A stretch of DNA of 64,000 nucleotides from Eledone cirrhosa (GCA_964016885.1 OZ024741.1:136276001-136340000); one strand, 5' to 3'. Counted from the first letter of the stretch, positions 1-14,881 are shown. Made by a program: numbers and translations. Notes: a model not told the origin generated them from the letters alone.

Positions 1-1754
1 ACGTGTCAGATATACAATGATATAATTTTCATATATTTATTTGTTAGACTATTTATATTTATACATATAATTTTTTTTATGGCTAACTATTGAGTCTTCT
101 TACTTTGGTGTTTCACCTCTTTCCTCACAGGTTTCTCCTATACTTACAGGCTAATTATATAAGATGACCCTGTGAATACACAGGGGAACTCCAGACTAAT
201 AAGGCTCAACACTTGGGCAACAGCACATGGAAACGTATATATCATTGCATGGAGCTACACAAATGTGCTGCTTACAATCGCGGAACGGGAAGTTCGTGAT
301 GCTGTTAGACCTTATGTCTTCCAATCTGTTCAGCCTCGCTGGCTCGGGGTGGGAAGAGAAGTTTGCGGCGTTCAAACTATGCTTTATGATCTCGTTGAGA
401 GCAACATGGCGTGGAAGACGACTGGTGCTGTAACGATATGGTAGTGGGTGGAGGACGAAAGTGTCTAAAATGGATCCAGTGTATCATTTGTGTGGTTCGC
501 AGAGCCGGGGATCGAGCCTCAAGGAAACGCTGATACACAAACAGTTGCTTTCTAGCTGCGTGTCAGTTGATAGTGGGGTTACCACTTTGGTTTTGGGTGG
601 TCGGGCGAAAACATACATAAATATACATTTATATGTGTGTGTGTTTATTATATTGCGTACAGCTAGCCCTATGTTTCACTCCCTACATCAACAGACTATT
701 GTTCGAAAATCCCAATAATGTCGGCGCCTTGTGATATTATCACTCCTCCAGCCGGAGCGAACCATCATTGATGGTATCATACAATGCTGGGAAACTTTTA
801 ATCTATAGTCCTATAACAGGGCACCACTGCATCAGTTTGTTGCAGCCTTACTTAAACTAACCATGCCGCAATCAATGTTTCTCCTACTCGCTTTGTACTT
901 AATCTTTGATTCCAGTTTTGGAATTTGTTCCACATAAATCAGTGATTGTCATGCCACAGCCTTTTGGCTTCAGGCGTTATTTCTCCTTTCTGCATTTTTT
1001 TTATAACCCCTACTATAATGGACTCTGTTTCTCACAACTGACTGAGTCCCACCAAATCTCTACGAAACCAAATTCCACTCAGGTCAACTTTACGTTTCAA
1101 ACTTGTGAGGTTGATAAGTATAATACCAGCTCAGGATTGGGGTTGATTCCCCCTTCCCCCATCTCTCTCTCTTTTTCTATCTCACTTTCTATCTCACTCT
1201 ACCCCTACGCACATCTGCATCTTTGCTCCTTTTTCAATAGAGGAAATCGGCTGTGCTCAAAACATACTTTATATTACCTAGGCCTCCCCACGACTCAATC
1301 AGCCCCATCAATTCAATAATCAAAACATATTTTGATAAAGTTACATGTCATAAGGTCAGTGTATTGTTTCCACAATAATTCTCATATAGAGGGCGGTGAA
1401 TTATCACCATGTAGAAGGCGGTGAATTGGCAGAAAAATACAGCGTGGGGCAAAATGCTGTTTCATATTACTCTACACACTGAGTTCTAATTACGCCGACG
1501 TCAACTTTACCTTTTATATTCCCGGGGTCTATTAAATAAAATATGTCAGATATTGTCAACGATTTAACTGACTAATACCTCAATCCAAATTAATATGGAA
1601 ACTTCTAGGTGTCGACATTGTTACATTTACGCATCTCCTTCGTTACAAAAGCTTGCCTGTTAGATACCCATTCCCCCTTAATCCGCCCCAGTCTAGACTG
1701 TGAGTTCTGCATTGTATTTATCACTTGTTTATTTCAACGGTCTTCTCTACTGCA

Positions 1755-1755
1755 T

Positions 1756-1826
<71 letters not shown>

Positions 1827-2476
1827 TGTAGTTCCTGTCTTTTTGTTTGTTTGTTTGTTTGTTCATGAACTCTTCCTACGGTTTTGGAGATAGACCCCCA
1901 TAACCATATATATTCTGAAACTACATTGCCCAGGGAACTTGGATAAGTATATTTCATTTTAAACAAAGGGTTCCCCGCTGAAAACCCCCGATGAAAATTT
2001 TGTCCCTTCGATTTATATGGAATTTAAATCATAGATAAATGACAATATATGATGCCTATTCACAAAATTTCAGCAAACTTCAATAATATCAAGACACCCT
2101 AATGTGGGTCAAACCCCATATTAGGGTTCCCCGGGGGCACAAACCCCCGCTGAAAAATGTTTCCCTTCGATTTATAGGAAATTTAAACCATAGGTAAATG
2201 ACAAGATATGATGCCTATTCACAGAAGTTTTGAATTGATGTTTTGAAAAAAATTATTTACAAGAAACAAAATAAGAATACGATTTAATAATGTAATTTTG
2301 ATTTGATATATTACAAAAAGTAATGTTTTCCAATTGTTAATGCATTACATTTTACATTGAGTAATATTGAAATGCAGAGGTTTTCTCCATAAATTATATC
2401 AGTGATTTAAAATCAATCATCATTTTCTTACAAAAAAAGATGTTTGAAACGCAGCAAGGCGCGGGTAATTCGGCTA

Positions 2477-2477
<1 letters not shown>
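1755..2477 (+). mobile_element. Non-autonomous Helitron-like element
   Basis: A|TC 5' start followed by (TA)n and (GTTT)n; internal ~100-bp direct repeat (~1966-2065 and ~2123-2223); 3' end GC-rich GCAGCAAGGCGCGGGTAATTCGG-CTAG|T, typical of Helitron termini inserted between A and T. Confidence 0.55.
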
Positions 2478-2533
<56 letters not shown>

Positions 2534-2569
2534 AGCACAAACATACACACATACATATGTGTATGTATG

Positions 2570-2610
<41 letters not shown>

Positions 2611-3514
2611 CATAATGTGTGTACAAGTGTGTTTGACTGTGTGTTTATGATATAAACTACATGCAAGACAGTATGTACTCCTTCTATTTAGTGCCATGTG
2701 AGTGTAGCCGCTATAGGTTCTCTACAGCTCTCTACGTCTCTTATTACAACAGTCATTAATATGAAACTTCCGATAGTCTAAATGGAAGTGTCTTCATTTT
2801 CACTGATATCTTATTTGAGCTGGCATACAGACACACATACATTTATAGACATATACACACATATAAACACACGTACATATAGGCATCCTCTGTACTCATT
2901 CACAGGCAGCCTGACACGCACACACATATATGCGCGCACAACCACACACACACACAGACAAACATGCAGAGACACCCATATGCAGACGGTGACGCATTCA
3001 CACACGAGCGTACATACGCGTAATTACATGCACGCATACACATATACGCATACACAACGTCACGCATACAAGTACGCACACACGTATGCCCCATTTAGAC
3101 ATAAACAAACATGCATATACACATATGTGCACACGCACATCTGCACACTTACAGACTAACACACAGTCACCCACAATCACATACACTCAAACACACATAG
3201 GTACACACAGATACAAAATAATTGGCACATATTCATGCACTAACCAATACAAACACGCACGCGCACACACACACACACACACACACACAAACATATAAAC
3301 GCATATGCGCTCACACCATTACTCATGTCACACAGACACACATGCAGTTAAACGGTGTTTTTGTCATCTCTGTGTATGTCCCGAAGTCCAATTGTTTTGC
3401 TGTTTTTCAGTATGGAAGGCATTTTTAGTTGGTGATTCAACAGATTATGTATGCGTGTGTAAATTATTGATGTATGTAAGTATAAGACTTATGTGTGTGT
3501 ATAACTGTGTAGTG

Positions 3515-4170
3515 AAGACACCTTAATGGTTAAGGTCGTGAGTTCTATTTCCGGCGGCACTTTGCGTGCTTTTGCCAAACATTTTATTTCACGCTTCTCA
3601 GCTATAAAAACATGAGCTGTGTTTGTAATTTAAAGGCCCGTCCATGCTGTTTCTTTCGGAGAATTAGTCAAAGTACACCTGTTACTTGAGTGCTAATGTT
3701 CAGCCATTTACATTATTATACGAGATGGAATGTACCTGTAATTCAAAGTGTCAGCTTTGTCTTACATACACTGTATCTCTCTAATAATTAAGTTAAGATG
3801 TACATGTGTCTCTGGAGTGCAAATGCTCATTCGCTTACTTTATTATACAATATGGTCTGTATCCTGTAATTTATAGGACAATTCTAGTCTCACACTGTCA
3901 GGCTGAATCTCCCTGAGAATTCTGTTAAGGATTCAAGTGTCTCGGGCGTGCTAATGCTCAGTCACTAACATTATCATGCGAGATGGACTGAACCTGCAAT
4001 TTAAAGGAACAATCTTCTATCACGCTGTATCTCTCTGAGAATTATGTTAAATGTATACGTGCCAGTGGAAGGCTTAGCTACTTGAACAATAATTTGTCAA
4101 GCAAGCTGTTCTTTCGATCATTAACTGGACCACTCGCTGCAAGAATCGACGAAGATCCAACAACAACAAT
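3515..4170 (+). mobile_element. tRNA-derived SINE with ~4x internal tandem duplication and (CAA)n tail
   Basis: Degenerate head (GGTCGTGAGTTCTATTTCCGG, B-box-like); four diverged ~115-130 bp units starting GTAATT(T/C)AAAGG-like at ~3625, 3738, 3866, 3996; ends CCAACAACAACAA. Confidence 0.55.
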
Positions 4171-4493
4171 GTTACTATTTGTATATGTGCAAGCATGTAT
4201 TACTATGTGATACTGTGCGTGGTACTGTGTGTATTACCGTGTCTGTATACGTTTTATAATCATATTTACTGAAGTCTTCGTACATTCAAAATCATGCGAG
4301 CCTTCTGTTATCTTTTCTGGTTGTATGGCTTTGTAATCCGTGCTCCAAACACAGCTATATACATTAAACATTAGCTTCTTCCTGTAAAACACGGATTTAA
4401 TTTTGTCCAATAAACATACGTAAATTTCCAACCAACCCAACCTCTTAGACACACACAATCACAATTATGTGTGCGTGCGTGTGGTATTGTGAA

Positions 4494-4622
<129 letters not shown>

Positions 4623-4990
4623 GTGCCTGTGTGTGTTAATGTGTGTCTGAAATGTTTAATTTCGTCTAATATTTCCGGGTTTGGTTTGGTTTGGTTACTG
4701 ATATGGCAACGTTAAATGATATATCTATCCATCTGTCTGTCACACTGTGCCTGGCTCTCTATCTATAATTACTTACCTTTAACAACAAACCCACGAAACA
4801 GTAATCATCCAATAAAATAACACAACACTTACTCACCGGAAACACTATCAACCAATATAACATAACACATACTCTACACAGTCATCTTTCAGTAAAATAA
4901 TGTTATACTCTCACAGAATCGATGCGGGTATTACTTCACAACTCAAAAAATACACCGGTGTCACAATTTTGTCTCACACAACCAACACAG

Positions 4991-5195
4991 CACGTGGATT
5001 GACAGTATCGGTGGAGTGTCGCACAACATGCTTTATGGCATTGAGTTACGGTCCTTTGCAATCTGATTTCAAATCGTTCCTTTCATACTTACGGGGTAGA
5101 TAGAATAAAGTACCAGTAATGCACTGGGATCGATTTAGTCGACTTCCCCTTCCCCCTACATTGTTGGCCTTGTGTCTAAATCAGAAATCAATATT
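4991..5195 (+). mobile_element. tRNA-derived SINE (main family), degenerate
   Basis: Matches in-window family: GGATTGRCAGTATCGG ... CCTTTCATxCTTACGGGGT..ATAxAATAAAGTACCAG ... GGCCTTGTG. Confidence 0.75.
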
Positions 5196-5419
5196 AAAAT
5201 ACATATCCAATCACTCGGCACATTTATTTAAACGTCCGTATAGAGCTAGAAACCATGACAGGCTAGGATAGTTATCTAGTACATCTTACAATTGAGAATA
5301 AAAAAACAAGGTACACAGAGATAAGTGAATATAGAAATAAAATAAACGAAAGAAAAACTTGAAATAGGAAAGGCCACCTGGTCCAAAGCAGGGCTCCATA
5401 TCGTTGTTGATATCGTCTA

Positions 5420-5617
5420 ATAATTGTTTCTATTTTTGGCACAAGGCCAGCAATTATCACAGTGGTACAATTACTGGTACTTTATTTTATCGACCCCGTA
5501 GGGATGAAAGGCAAAGTTAACCTCGGCAGGATTTGAACTCAGACTGTAAAGGGACGTATCTCTATGCTGCAAAGCATGGCGTCCGACCATTTACTGATAC
5601 TGCTAATCCACCGCCCT
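5420..5617 (-). mobile_element. tRNA-derived SINE (main family)
   Basis: Reverse complement of the family consensus with A-box-like head and GAGTTCAAATCC B-box. Confidence 0.85.
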
Positions 5618-5723
5618 CGACTAATAATCGACTATTAATACCTTTAAACCACAAGTTTCATTAGACTGGATACAGATGCTATGGGAGAAAAATTTACCAT
5701 CGTTATTTATATATATATAAATA

Positions 5724-6010
5724 TGGTGGTGGATTGGCAGTATCGATAGAGAGTCGGACGCCATGCTTTCCAGCATAGTTACATCCCTTTACGGTCTGGG
5801 TTCAAATCCCGCCGAGGTTTACTTTGGCTTTCATCCTTACGGGGTCGATAAAATAAAGTACCAGTAATGCACTGGGTAATTGCTGGCCTTGTTGCTAAAG
5901 TAGAAACAGTTATTTATATATATATATAAATTGTTTCTACTTTTGGCACAAGGCCAGTAATTACCCAGTGCATTACTGATACTTTATTTTATCGACCCCG
6001 TTAACCTCGA
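5724..6010 (+). mobile_element. SINE (5724-5912) plus inverted 3' fragment (5929-6010)
   Basis: GGTGGTGGATTGGCAGTATCG...GGGTTCAAATCCCGCCGAGG...AAGTACCAG; inverted tail copy follows a short (TA)n. Confidence 0.85.
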
Positions 6011-6867
6011 CATGTTAATGTCTCCTAGTTATACATCGTAGAAGATAAACAACTATAAACACTACTACAACCAATACACGAGTTTACAAGAGAAGTTGAT
6101 GGGAAATTTCAATTATTATACTACACCACGAAGATTTGGATCAAAGAAAAACTATTTAGGAACACTAATATTTTAGATAAGAAAATAAAATGAGAATTAA
6201 ACCAAACAACGACATAGCACGAGTTGCTACAGCACATTCCACGCAAGCTAAACATAATATGCTTAGGATGAACGCCATTAAAAGTACATTTTTCTTGATT
6301 TGATAATTTCAAGCAATTAAACGTGGTATAAGCTCTCCCTTTCTATTTTCTTCCAACCTTCCCGCAAGTTTATCCTGTATCTTAAAATTCTATTTCAGTT
6401 TCTATTAGCATTCCTGTTACCATATTTTTCATCGTTTATCAATTTACAATATTTCCCTTATAATTATGAAGAAAATATACCCCTACGCTATGATTTCTAA
6501 GCTATTTCTGTGACCGTTAATGATCTAGTCGTATGAATGTCACTACATCAAAGCCGGCAACACTCTCGATTAGTTTAGAAACTAGATCCACTATGCATTC
6601 TATGTTAATATCGATCTCATTATAGCACACCGCCATTCCCTCATGGATTCCAAAGTGTATGCAAATTTCTCTTGCTATCAAAGCCCCCCCCCCCATTCTC
6701 TCTATATATGTGTTGTGCGCGGGTGTGGGTGGGTGTGCCTGTGTGAGTGAATGCCTGTCAATCTATTCACATTTCAGCCCCCCCTCCTCTCTTGTTACAC
6801 ACGCACACGCCAACACCACCCACCCTCCCACCCCCACACACACACGCACGCACGCACACGCGCGCAA

Positions 6868-6896
<29 letters not shown>

Positions 6897-6899
<3 letters not shown>

Positions 6900-7016
6900 C
6901 GAAACGGCCGGAGCTCAGCCGGCGGGGTCCTGAAACTTTTCATATTACCCACTCTACTACCCCAAATATCGAGCACTCTGGTAGGTTATGGTCTACCTGG
7001 TTTTTACCACATCCTA
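6897..7016 (+). mobile_element. Family A pLTR-like fragment (diverged)
   Basis: GTCGAAACGGCCGGAGCTCAGCCGGCGGGGTCC...TTACCCACTCTACTACCC...TTACCACAT, homologous to 8511-8746. Confidence 0.7.
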
Positions 7017-7020
7017 TCTG

Positions 7021-7051
<31 letters not shown>

Positions 7052-7434
7052 TGTATTTATATGTGCGTGTGTATTAAATCTATATATTTATATATCAAAA
7101 GGGCTATATTTTCTACCACGTATATCCTACAAGATTTGAAACTATATTCTCTACCTTCGACATATTTTATCGTTCATCTCTTCTTGGAAGCAGAACTGCT
7201 AATGCATTTCGTTGACCTAACACTCCTGTTCTCAAATATCGAAGTGCTTGACTTTATTATATTAAAGTATATATTCCCTGTTTGACTTTAGCAACACGTT
7301 TAACAATGATCAGATATTCCATCTGTTTTATAAAATTTTCTTGGTGTCTTTTCTTTGCCTTTAAGTATCAAAACCTGGTGTGAGACTTTTAGCTTCACAT
7401 GGCTGCACACACATACACACACACACACATACAT

Positions 7435-7535
<101 letters not shown>

Positions 7536-8465
7536 TATTAGAAAGATTCGAGTATAATATGTATTTAAATGAAAAAGCAAACAAACTTTTCATTAGTGAC
7601 TAGACACTGCCTATAATTTTCAGGTGATTTTGAAAATAGTCAAGAATTTAGTGTAATTTAATAATATAACTAAGTTTCTCATTATTAAGCTGGTTTATTG
7701 AACATAATTTATGAAATGATCTAACACAAAATTATGACGGAATATTTTAGATAAATATCGATAAACGTTTTTAGATAAATTTAGATAAACGTTGTTGTAT
7801 ATCTTAAAAAAGGCAAATAATTGTATATCTTAAAAAAGGCAAATAATTTTGAAAGCAACCAGGAATTTGGTTGGATTTAGTAATATAGCTTACTCGTGTG
7901 GTGTTTTCACATAAATTAAATGATCGTACATAAAAATCATAATGGTAGGGTTTTCAAAAGAGCTTGCAAAATATATATCAGACATAACTTTTAGATAGAA
8001 TTGCCATTCATTAACTCATTGCCAAAAGATCGTCTTTTGAAAAAATATATACTTGAGGTCGATATGATTGATTTTAAAGCCGATGGTGCTCCAGCATGGT
8101 CACTGTCTAATGATTAAAACCAGTGAATTATCGTAGATTAATTTTAGATAAATAGTGAATTAATTAACTTTTTGACACAAGAGTCCTTCCTTGAGAAGAA
8201 AAACAATATCAACACCATCTACACCAACGGAAAAAAAAACGAAAATATCAACAACTCACCTACGAAAACACAAACAACAGCCACATCATAACGAACGCCA
8301 TCAGTACCAACAGAAATAACGAAGCCCAATAAACACAGAAATGTCTTGATGACAGAAAGAAACATTTCAAAGTTATTTTATTGTTTTGTCTTCTCCCCAG
8401 TGTCCAAGAGATTTGTATATCTTTCCTTCTCTTTCTCCTTCTCTTTGCCTCTCTCTTTCTTTCTT

Positions 8466-8510
<45 letters not shown>

Positions 8511-8511
<1 letters not shown>

Positions 8512-8744
8512 ACGAAGGAAATGTGGTAAGGAACCAGATGGACCATAACGCACCAAAGTACTCAATACTTAGGGTAGTAGAGTGGGTAATAGGAACGTAG
8601 GAACGAGTAGGACCCCGACGGCTGAGCTCAAGCCGTTTTGACGGCTAATTCTGCCCCCCCCCCTTAAAAAATGTTTCTTCTTTTTTTTAGTCCAGAATTA
8701 GCTGTCGAAACGGCTTGAGCTCAGCCGTCGGGGTCCTACTCGTT

Positions 8745-8746
<2 letters not shown>
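8511..8746 (-). mobile_element. Family A pLTR-like element with fold-back inverted repeat and 3' half of a hammerhead
   Basis: Flanked by (TA)n on both sides; inverted arms ~8598-8653 / 8693-8748; contains GAAAC-GGCT-TGAGCTC-AGCC-GTC (stem III + GUC) followed by GGGGTCC; CUGANGA half absent. Confidence 0.7.
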
Positions 8747-8784
<38 letters not shown>

Positions 8785-8970
8785 GAAGAGATATTTAATT
8801 TGTTTGAAATCCAACAAATATAGATGTTTACAACTGATTCAGAGCACTCGTCAAATTTCTGGAGTAAGTATTCAATGATATTAAATAAATGGAAACTTAT
8901 TTCCAGGGATAACTTGAACTGTTAAGATATATTATCCTTGGTCATGTCAGTTATTTATAAAAACATTTTG

Positions 8971-9032
8971 TATTTTATCTGATGATAGTGTACCAACATT
9001 TTTGGTACCCTTGAAATATATATAATAGAATA
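8971..9032 (+). ncRNA. Minimal type I hammerhead ribozyme (family B)
   Basis: Stem I TATTTTAT/ATAGAATA; CTGATGA 8979-8985; stem II GTACCA..TGGTAC; GAAA-TATATA-TA; lies in 8781-9080 element with inverted 3' part. Confidence 0.7.
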
Positions 9033-9102
9033 GATATGGTTTTATAAATATAGTTTCCATTTATTTAATATCATTGTATATATATACAGGTCCTCAGTAA
9101 AA

Positions 9103-9223
9103 TTATTCCGATGAAATTACAGTTGATAATAACATTGAAATATTGAATGTCTGCATAACTAATACTTTGTAGATAGCAGCTGTTTTCAGGTTATGTAACT
9201 GTTATAGAAACACGTGTCAATAA
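9103..9223 (+). ncRNA. Hammerhead-like motif with long stem II insertion (family D), core mutated to CCGATGA
   Basis: TTATT/AATAA stem I; ACAGT/ACTGT stem II; GAAAC-ACGT-GTC; homologous to 50163-50279. Confidence 0.6.
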
Positions 9224-9255
9224 ATTCCTTTTAACTAAACTGTATCCATTAAAAT

Positions 9256-9330
<75 letters not shown>

Positions 9331-9333
<3 letters not shown>

Positions 9334-10052
9334 GGTGGGGTATAAAAACTGAACTGTTACAAAATAAAATGCAACATTTGAAAATGCTACACTTGAAGGA
9401 ATTTATTTGAGACTTTTTGCAAGTACTCCATCATTTTGATGATTGTGAGACTGCTGCACAGTGAATAACTTCTCATCTGTAAAAATGATGTTTTGTAGCG
9501 TGCCATCCTTGATACGATTCAATAACAGTTTACTTCTGGAGAGCCTCTTTTCAATTGTGGCTGCAGAAAGAAGCTGCCTCTTTTGGAACTTATAGGGTGA
9601 CATCCCCAGATCATCTCGACATATCCTCCGCATAGTTCTCGGTGATGTTTCTACTTCTTCTGCCATTTTTCTTATAGACCTTCTTGGATTACGCCTTATT
9701 TTTTCCCTCACACTTTTAACGAGTTTTGGTGTTCTTGAGGATCGAGGTCTGTCTTTGGTCGAGGAAGTTTCCTTAAATCGATCGATTGTCCTTTTGATCA
9801 ACATTCTATTGATCTTAAGAATTTTCCCTAGTTTAAATATCTCGGATGGAGTCAGGCCTTTTTCATGCTTCTCTATTATGAACTTTCTTTTCAATTCTAT
9901 GGACATTGCAAATTGTTAATGGAGTAATTTTCTGAAAAATAGTTAATATGGTTATAGTGCATGGATTTGATACAAATATATTAGTTATATTAGCAACATA
10001 ATGTATTTTTAAAATTGATTTAAAACTTTGTAACAGGAATTATGCCCCACAC

Positions 10053-10054
<2 letters not shown>
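9331..10054 (-). mobile_element. Internally deleted Tc1/mariner-superfamily transposon (maT/DD37D-like)
   Basis: Imperfect TIRs CAGGGTGGGGTATAA..CTGTTACAAA / CAGTGTGGGGCATAA..CTGTTACAAA in TA context; encloses truncated transposase ORF. Confidence 0.8.
9403..9906 (-). pseudogene. Truncated transposase: paired HTH domains and first catalytic Asp only
   Basis: 167 aa; DRPRSSRT, RRNPRRSIRKMA, PYKFQKRQLL, IIFTDEKLFTV..HNHQND resemble maT-type transposases; rest of the catalytic domain deleted. Confidence 0.85.
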
Positions 10055-10090
<36 letters not shown>

Positions 10091-10234
10091 ATTCAATTTA
10101 GGAAAGTATGTTGAGCAGATAATACATCGACTTTTGTCGTGAAATGTCATAAAGCACTCTACGATTTGTATTCCTTGAAGTGATATCGATAAGGTATGAA
10201 GCGGAGTTTCAATATATAAAACCGTCTCTCTTCT

Positions 10235-10344
<110 letters not shown>

Positions 10345-11290
10345 CACGCCTAACCCACAAATATAACTTTGTTATAAATTGGTGGAGAAATCGAATAACA
10401 TTCATTCCCTTCTTAAAACAATGCAGATAAGAATATAAACAAAAGGAAGTCATGTCATTTACATTTCCAATGTTTTGTCATTAACTGCAATAAGATTAAG
10501 ATTTCGTTTTAAAAGACAACGAAATCATAACATCTGGTAAATATTCAATGAAATATATAATTTCCCATCTAAATTCGCTTAAATGTATGCAATATTATTG
10601 TATAATATACCAAGTGGAATGTGATAATGTGATAACACCATTTCAATATAATACAATAAATAATATGAATATATAACAATAATTATTAAAGAATGCTATG
10701 TAGCAATCTTAAATGTCAACCCTAATATATTTTCTCTTGCGGTTGAAACATCAGAAATATTGCTCTTAACTCAAAACATAAATAATTGTCCAATGAAGGA
10801 GTAATGAGATTTTCACTCTTTTCTTCTCACTTTCCATAAACTTGTCATTGCTATTTAAGGAAATCCCATCTACAGTGAAACCAGCGTAACTAAAATCAAT
10901 ATACTATGTATTTCAATGCTTATAGGTTCCGATGACTTCTCCCTAAACCATCGATTCATATCAATAATTTCATTGACCTCAGGTGTTTGCTTACCATTAC
11001 AGTTGTATCCGTGCCATGTACAATAATGTACTGTTAGAACGATACGTAAACTCAGTTGTATAGCAGCCATAATTTTGTACATATTTCCTTTTTTTTCTCA
11101 CACACAAAATATAGGTTTCCAATTCATGATATTTTACGTAAATGTGTTTCTGTTACTAGTATATTTGATAATATTCTTTGTATATAAGAATTTCACATGT
11201 AACACTTGTGAATATAACTTCTACACTGCTGTGGGCAATTAAGTTACAAGCTATAAACACAGGCATACAAATGGAAACACCCGACCACAC

Positions 11291-12005
<715 letters not shown>

Positions 12006-12216
12006 TAAAAGGAAATAACAAAGCAAACGACACAGTACATTGAAGAAATATATTAGTTTAACGCTTTATAATAGTAAAATAGTCGGAAAGTTTCGAACAC
12101 TAGTCCTTCATCAGAAGATCGAATGAGAAATAAATGAATAAGTAGAAAGGCAGAGTGAGAAGGAACGAAAAACAAAACATTTTGAGGAAAAAGAAAACGT
12201 GTTTATTCAGTTAGCC

Positions 12217-12306
<90 letters not shown>

Positions 12307-12731
12307 CTGATGGTGTTCTTGAATGAAATAAGTGACTTCAAAGAACCGAATACAGCATTACTGTATCTAGTGTGTGTGTATATATGTCTGTGACCAGTGT
12401 ATATAGGTCACAGACATCCATATATGTAAATATATATATATATATATCCCTTCCATATACCGATTGTGTTGTTATTTCTGTTTACCTTTTACATACACAC
12501 ACATATATATATATATACACACACATACATATATAATTATCATATATATATATATATACACACATACATATATATTTATTATGTATATATATATATATAT
12601 ATAGACATACATATATATTTATTATTATATATATATATATATATAATCACACATACATATATGGTTATTATATATATATAGATAAATGAAATAATTATCT
12701 TATGTTGTTTATTACATAATTATATATACAC

Positions 12732-12761
<30 letters not shown>

Positions 12762-12763
<2 letters not shown>

Positions 12764-13103
12764 ATAAAATATAAAAGAGAAAACACAGGTAAGCATTAAG
12801 AGAAGGATTTTATCCAGGTATTTTCGACCGTTTCATTGGTAAGTGCAACCTTATATTGCTATACTGCAAATAGCAGCCACTCAATTATAATTGTTGTTCA
12901 CAGTCAACATTTTCAAAATAGTGAGTAAGTTACTCTTGAAATAGTTCTTAATATATAGAGAAAAACAATTTTGGGGAATTGTATTTGCTAGTATATTGCA
13001 GTATAGCAATATAAGGTTGCACTTACTAATGAAATGGTCGTAAATACCTGGATAAAATCCTTCTCTTAATACTAACCTGTGTTTTCTCTTTTATATTTTA
13101 TAC
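12762..13103. repeat. ~108-bp inverted repeat (12762-12869 / 12996-13103), pLTR-like
   Basis: Arms about 90% complementary; contain GAAACGGTC (possible hammerhead 3' half); adjacent to a GIY-YIG remnant. Confidence 0.85.
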
Positions 13104-13465
13104 TTTATACTCCAAGATTGAACAGAATACTTACTAACTTGTGAAGTTACCCCTAACCGTACGTTGAAACCATCCATAAAACTGGCTTTCTTAACCACGA
13201 ACTGGATCACAATAAGCAATTTTCTGAATTGAAGATTTACGATATTTAAGTACATTGAAAGCCAAAACATATTTCAAACCGCAAATTCAAAAATGTCTAG
13301 TTACACAATGACCATTCTAAATCCGAACTTAGGATACCGAGTCTCATCATGAGATTAATTTACTATATAAAAACGATATACAATTTTTAAGGTAAGGCAA
13401 AACGTTATACATATAATAATAATAATAATATTTCAAGAATTATTAATAGTCAATATTTTTTTCCT

Positions 13466-14170
13466 TCATACACAGTATTTTTTTCGAAATTTGTATAATG
13501 CTGGAAAGGTTTTTCCGGATTTATGTAGACAACTTCCGAATAATTCTTTTTTCTTATTAATCAAATTACCATAATTTGTAATTATTAATAGATTTTCGAA
13601 ATTGCAAAGATTGCAATTTGGTGAAATGGAAGCGTTTCCATAGGAATCAGAATTCTTTAATTTACTCAAAGAAATTGAATATTTAATAATTTTCTCTTTT
13701 AAAGCCCATATTAATTGTGATAATGATGTAGAACATTTTTTATCCGGATTAGAGAATGAATGTTTATGATTGGAAAAGCGAAACTTAAAGTTCGATGAAG
13801 TGGCACCAATGTAGTTATAAGTATTATTATTATTTGTCTTAATGGTACATTTATATACTATATTCTTGTCAAGGCAATTATTTTGTAAAGAGCATTAGAT
13901 TTCCTTCTACAGTTCAATTCAATGTTATTTTTAAAACCTAAACTATTCATATTATGATTATTATTTCTAGGTGATCTACTATTATTCGTCTTTATACTAT
14001 TGTTATTGTTATTCATTTTAACTAATGTATAATTATTATTATTATTGTTATTATCGCTAATTATATGCTGGTTCAAATTAAGAATTTTACTATTAATTTT
14101 TGCAATATTTTGAGCAATATTCGTAGTGGTTGAATAAGAGAGTTTAACTATGTGTCTATTGAAGTTAGTA
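13466..14170 (-). pseudogene. Penelope-like element 3' remnant: RT thumb end, Asn-rich linker, GIY-YIG endonuclease
   Basis: [20 protein letters not shown] ... CRRK ... (frameshift) VYKCTIKTNNNNTYNYIGATSSNFKFRFSNHKHSF...LSQLIWALK...CNLCNFE...LINKKKELFGSCLHK. Confidence 0.85.
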
Positions 14171-14501
14171 TAGTATGTTAATATATATATATCGTATGTA
14201 TATATATATATATATATAGTATGTATATATATATATAGTATGTATATATATATAGTATGTATATATATATATATAGTATGTATATATATATATATAGTAT
14301 GTATATATTTATATATATAGTATGTATATTTATATAGTATGTGTATATATATATATAGTATGTATATATATATATATAGTATGTATATATATAGTATGTA
14401 TATATATATAGTATGTATATATATATATATATAGTATGTATATATATATATATATGGTATGTATATATATATATATATAGTATGTATATATATATAGTAT
14501 G

Positions 14502-14554
<53 letters not shown>

Positions 14555-14556
14555 TG

Positions 14557-14621
<65 letters not shown>

Positions 14622-14623
<2 letters not shown>

Positions 14624-14810
14624 CGAAGGAAATGTGGTAAGGAACCAGGTGGACCATAACGCACGAAAGTACTCAATACTTAGGGTAGTAGAGCGGGAAA
14701 TAGGAACAAGTAAGGCCCCGACGGCTGAGCTCAAGCCGTTTCGACGGCTAATTCTGGACAGGATTAGCCGTCGTAACGGCTTGAGCTCAGCCGTCGGGGT
14801 CTTACTTATT

Positions 14811-14813
<3 letters not shown>
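14622..14813 (-). mobile_element. Family A pLTR-like element with fold-back hairpin
   Basis: Same sequence as 8511-8746; arms ~14700-14755 / 14759-14814 nearly abut; (TA)n on both sides. Confidence 0.75.

Positions 14814-14881
<68 letters not shown>

Noticed and set aside
172-718. GC-richer stretch with short ORFs
   Set aside because: No recognisable domain, ribozyme core or termini; probably an unclassified repeat
8598-8748. Family A hairpins as MITEs or pre-miRNAs
   Set aside because: Inverted arms cover only one end of the element and vary between copies; better explained as fold-back pLTR fragments
12083-12120. CTGATGA-AGGAC..GTTC-GAAAC on the minus strand
   Set aside because: Core present but stem III/NUH and stem I cannot be paired convincingly; kept only as a degenerate candidate
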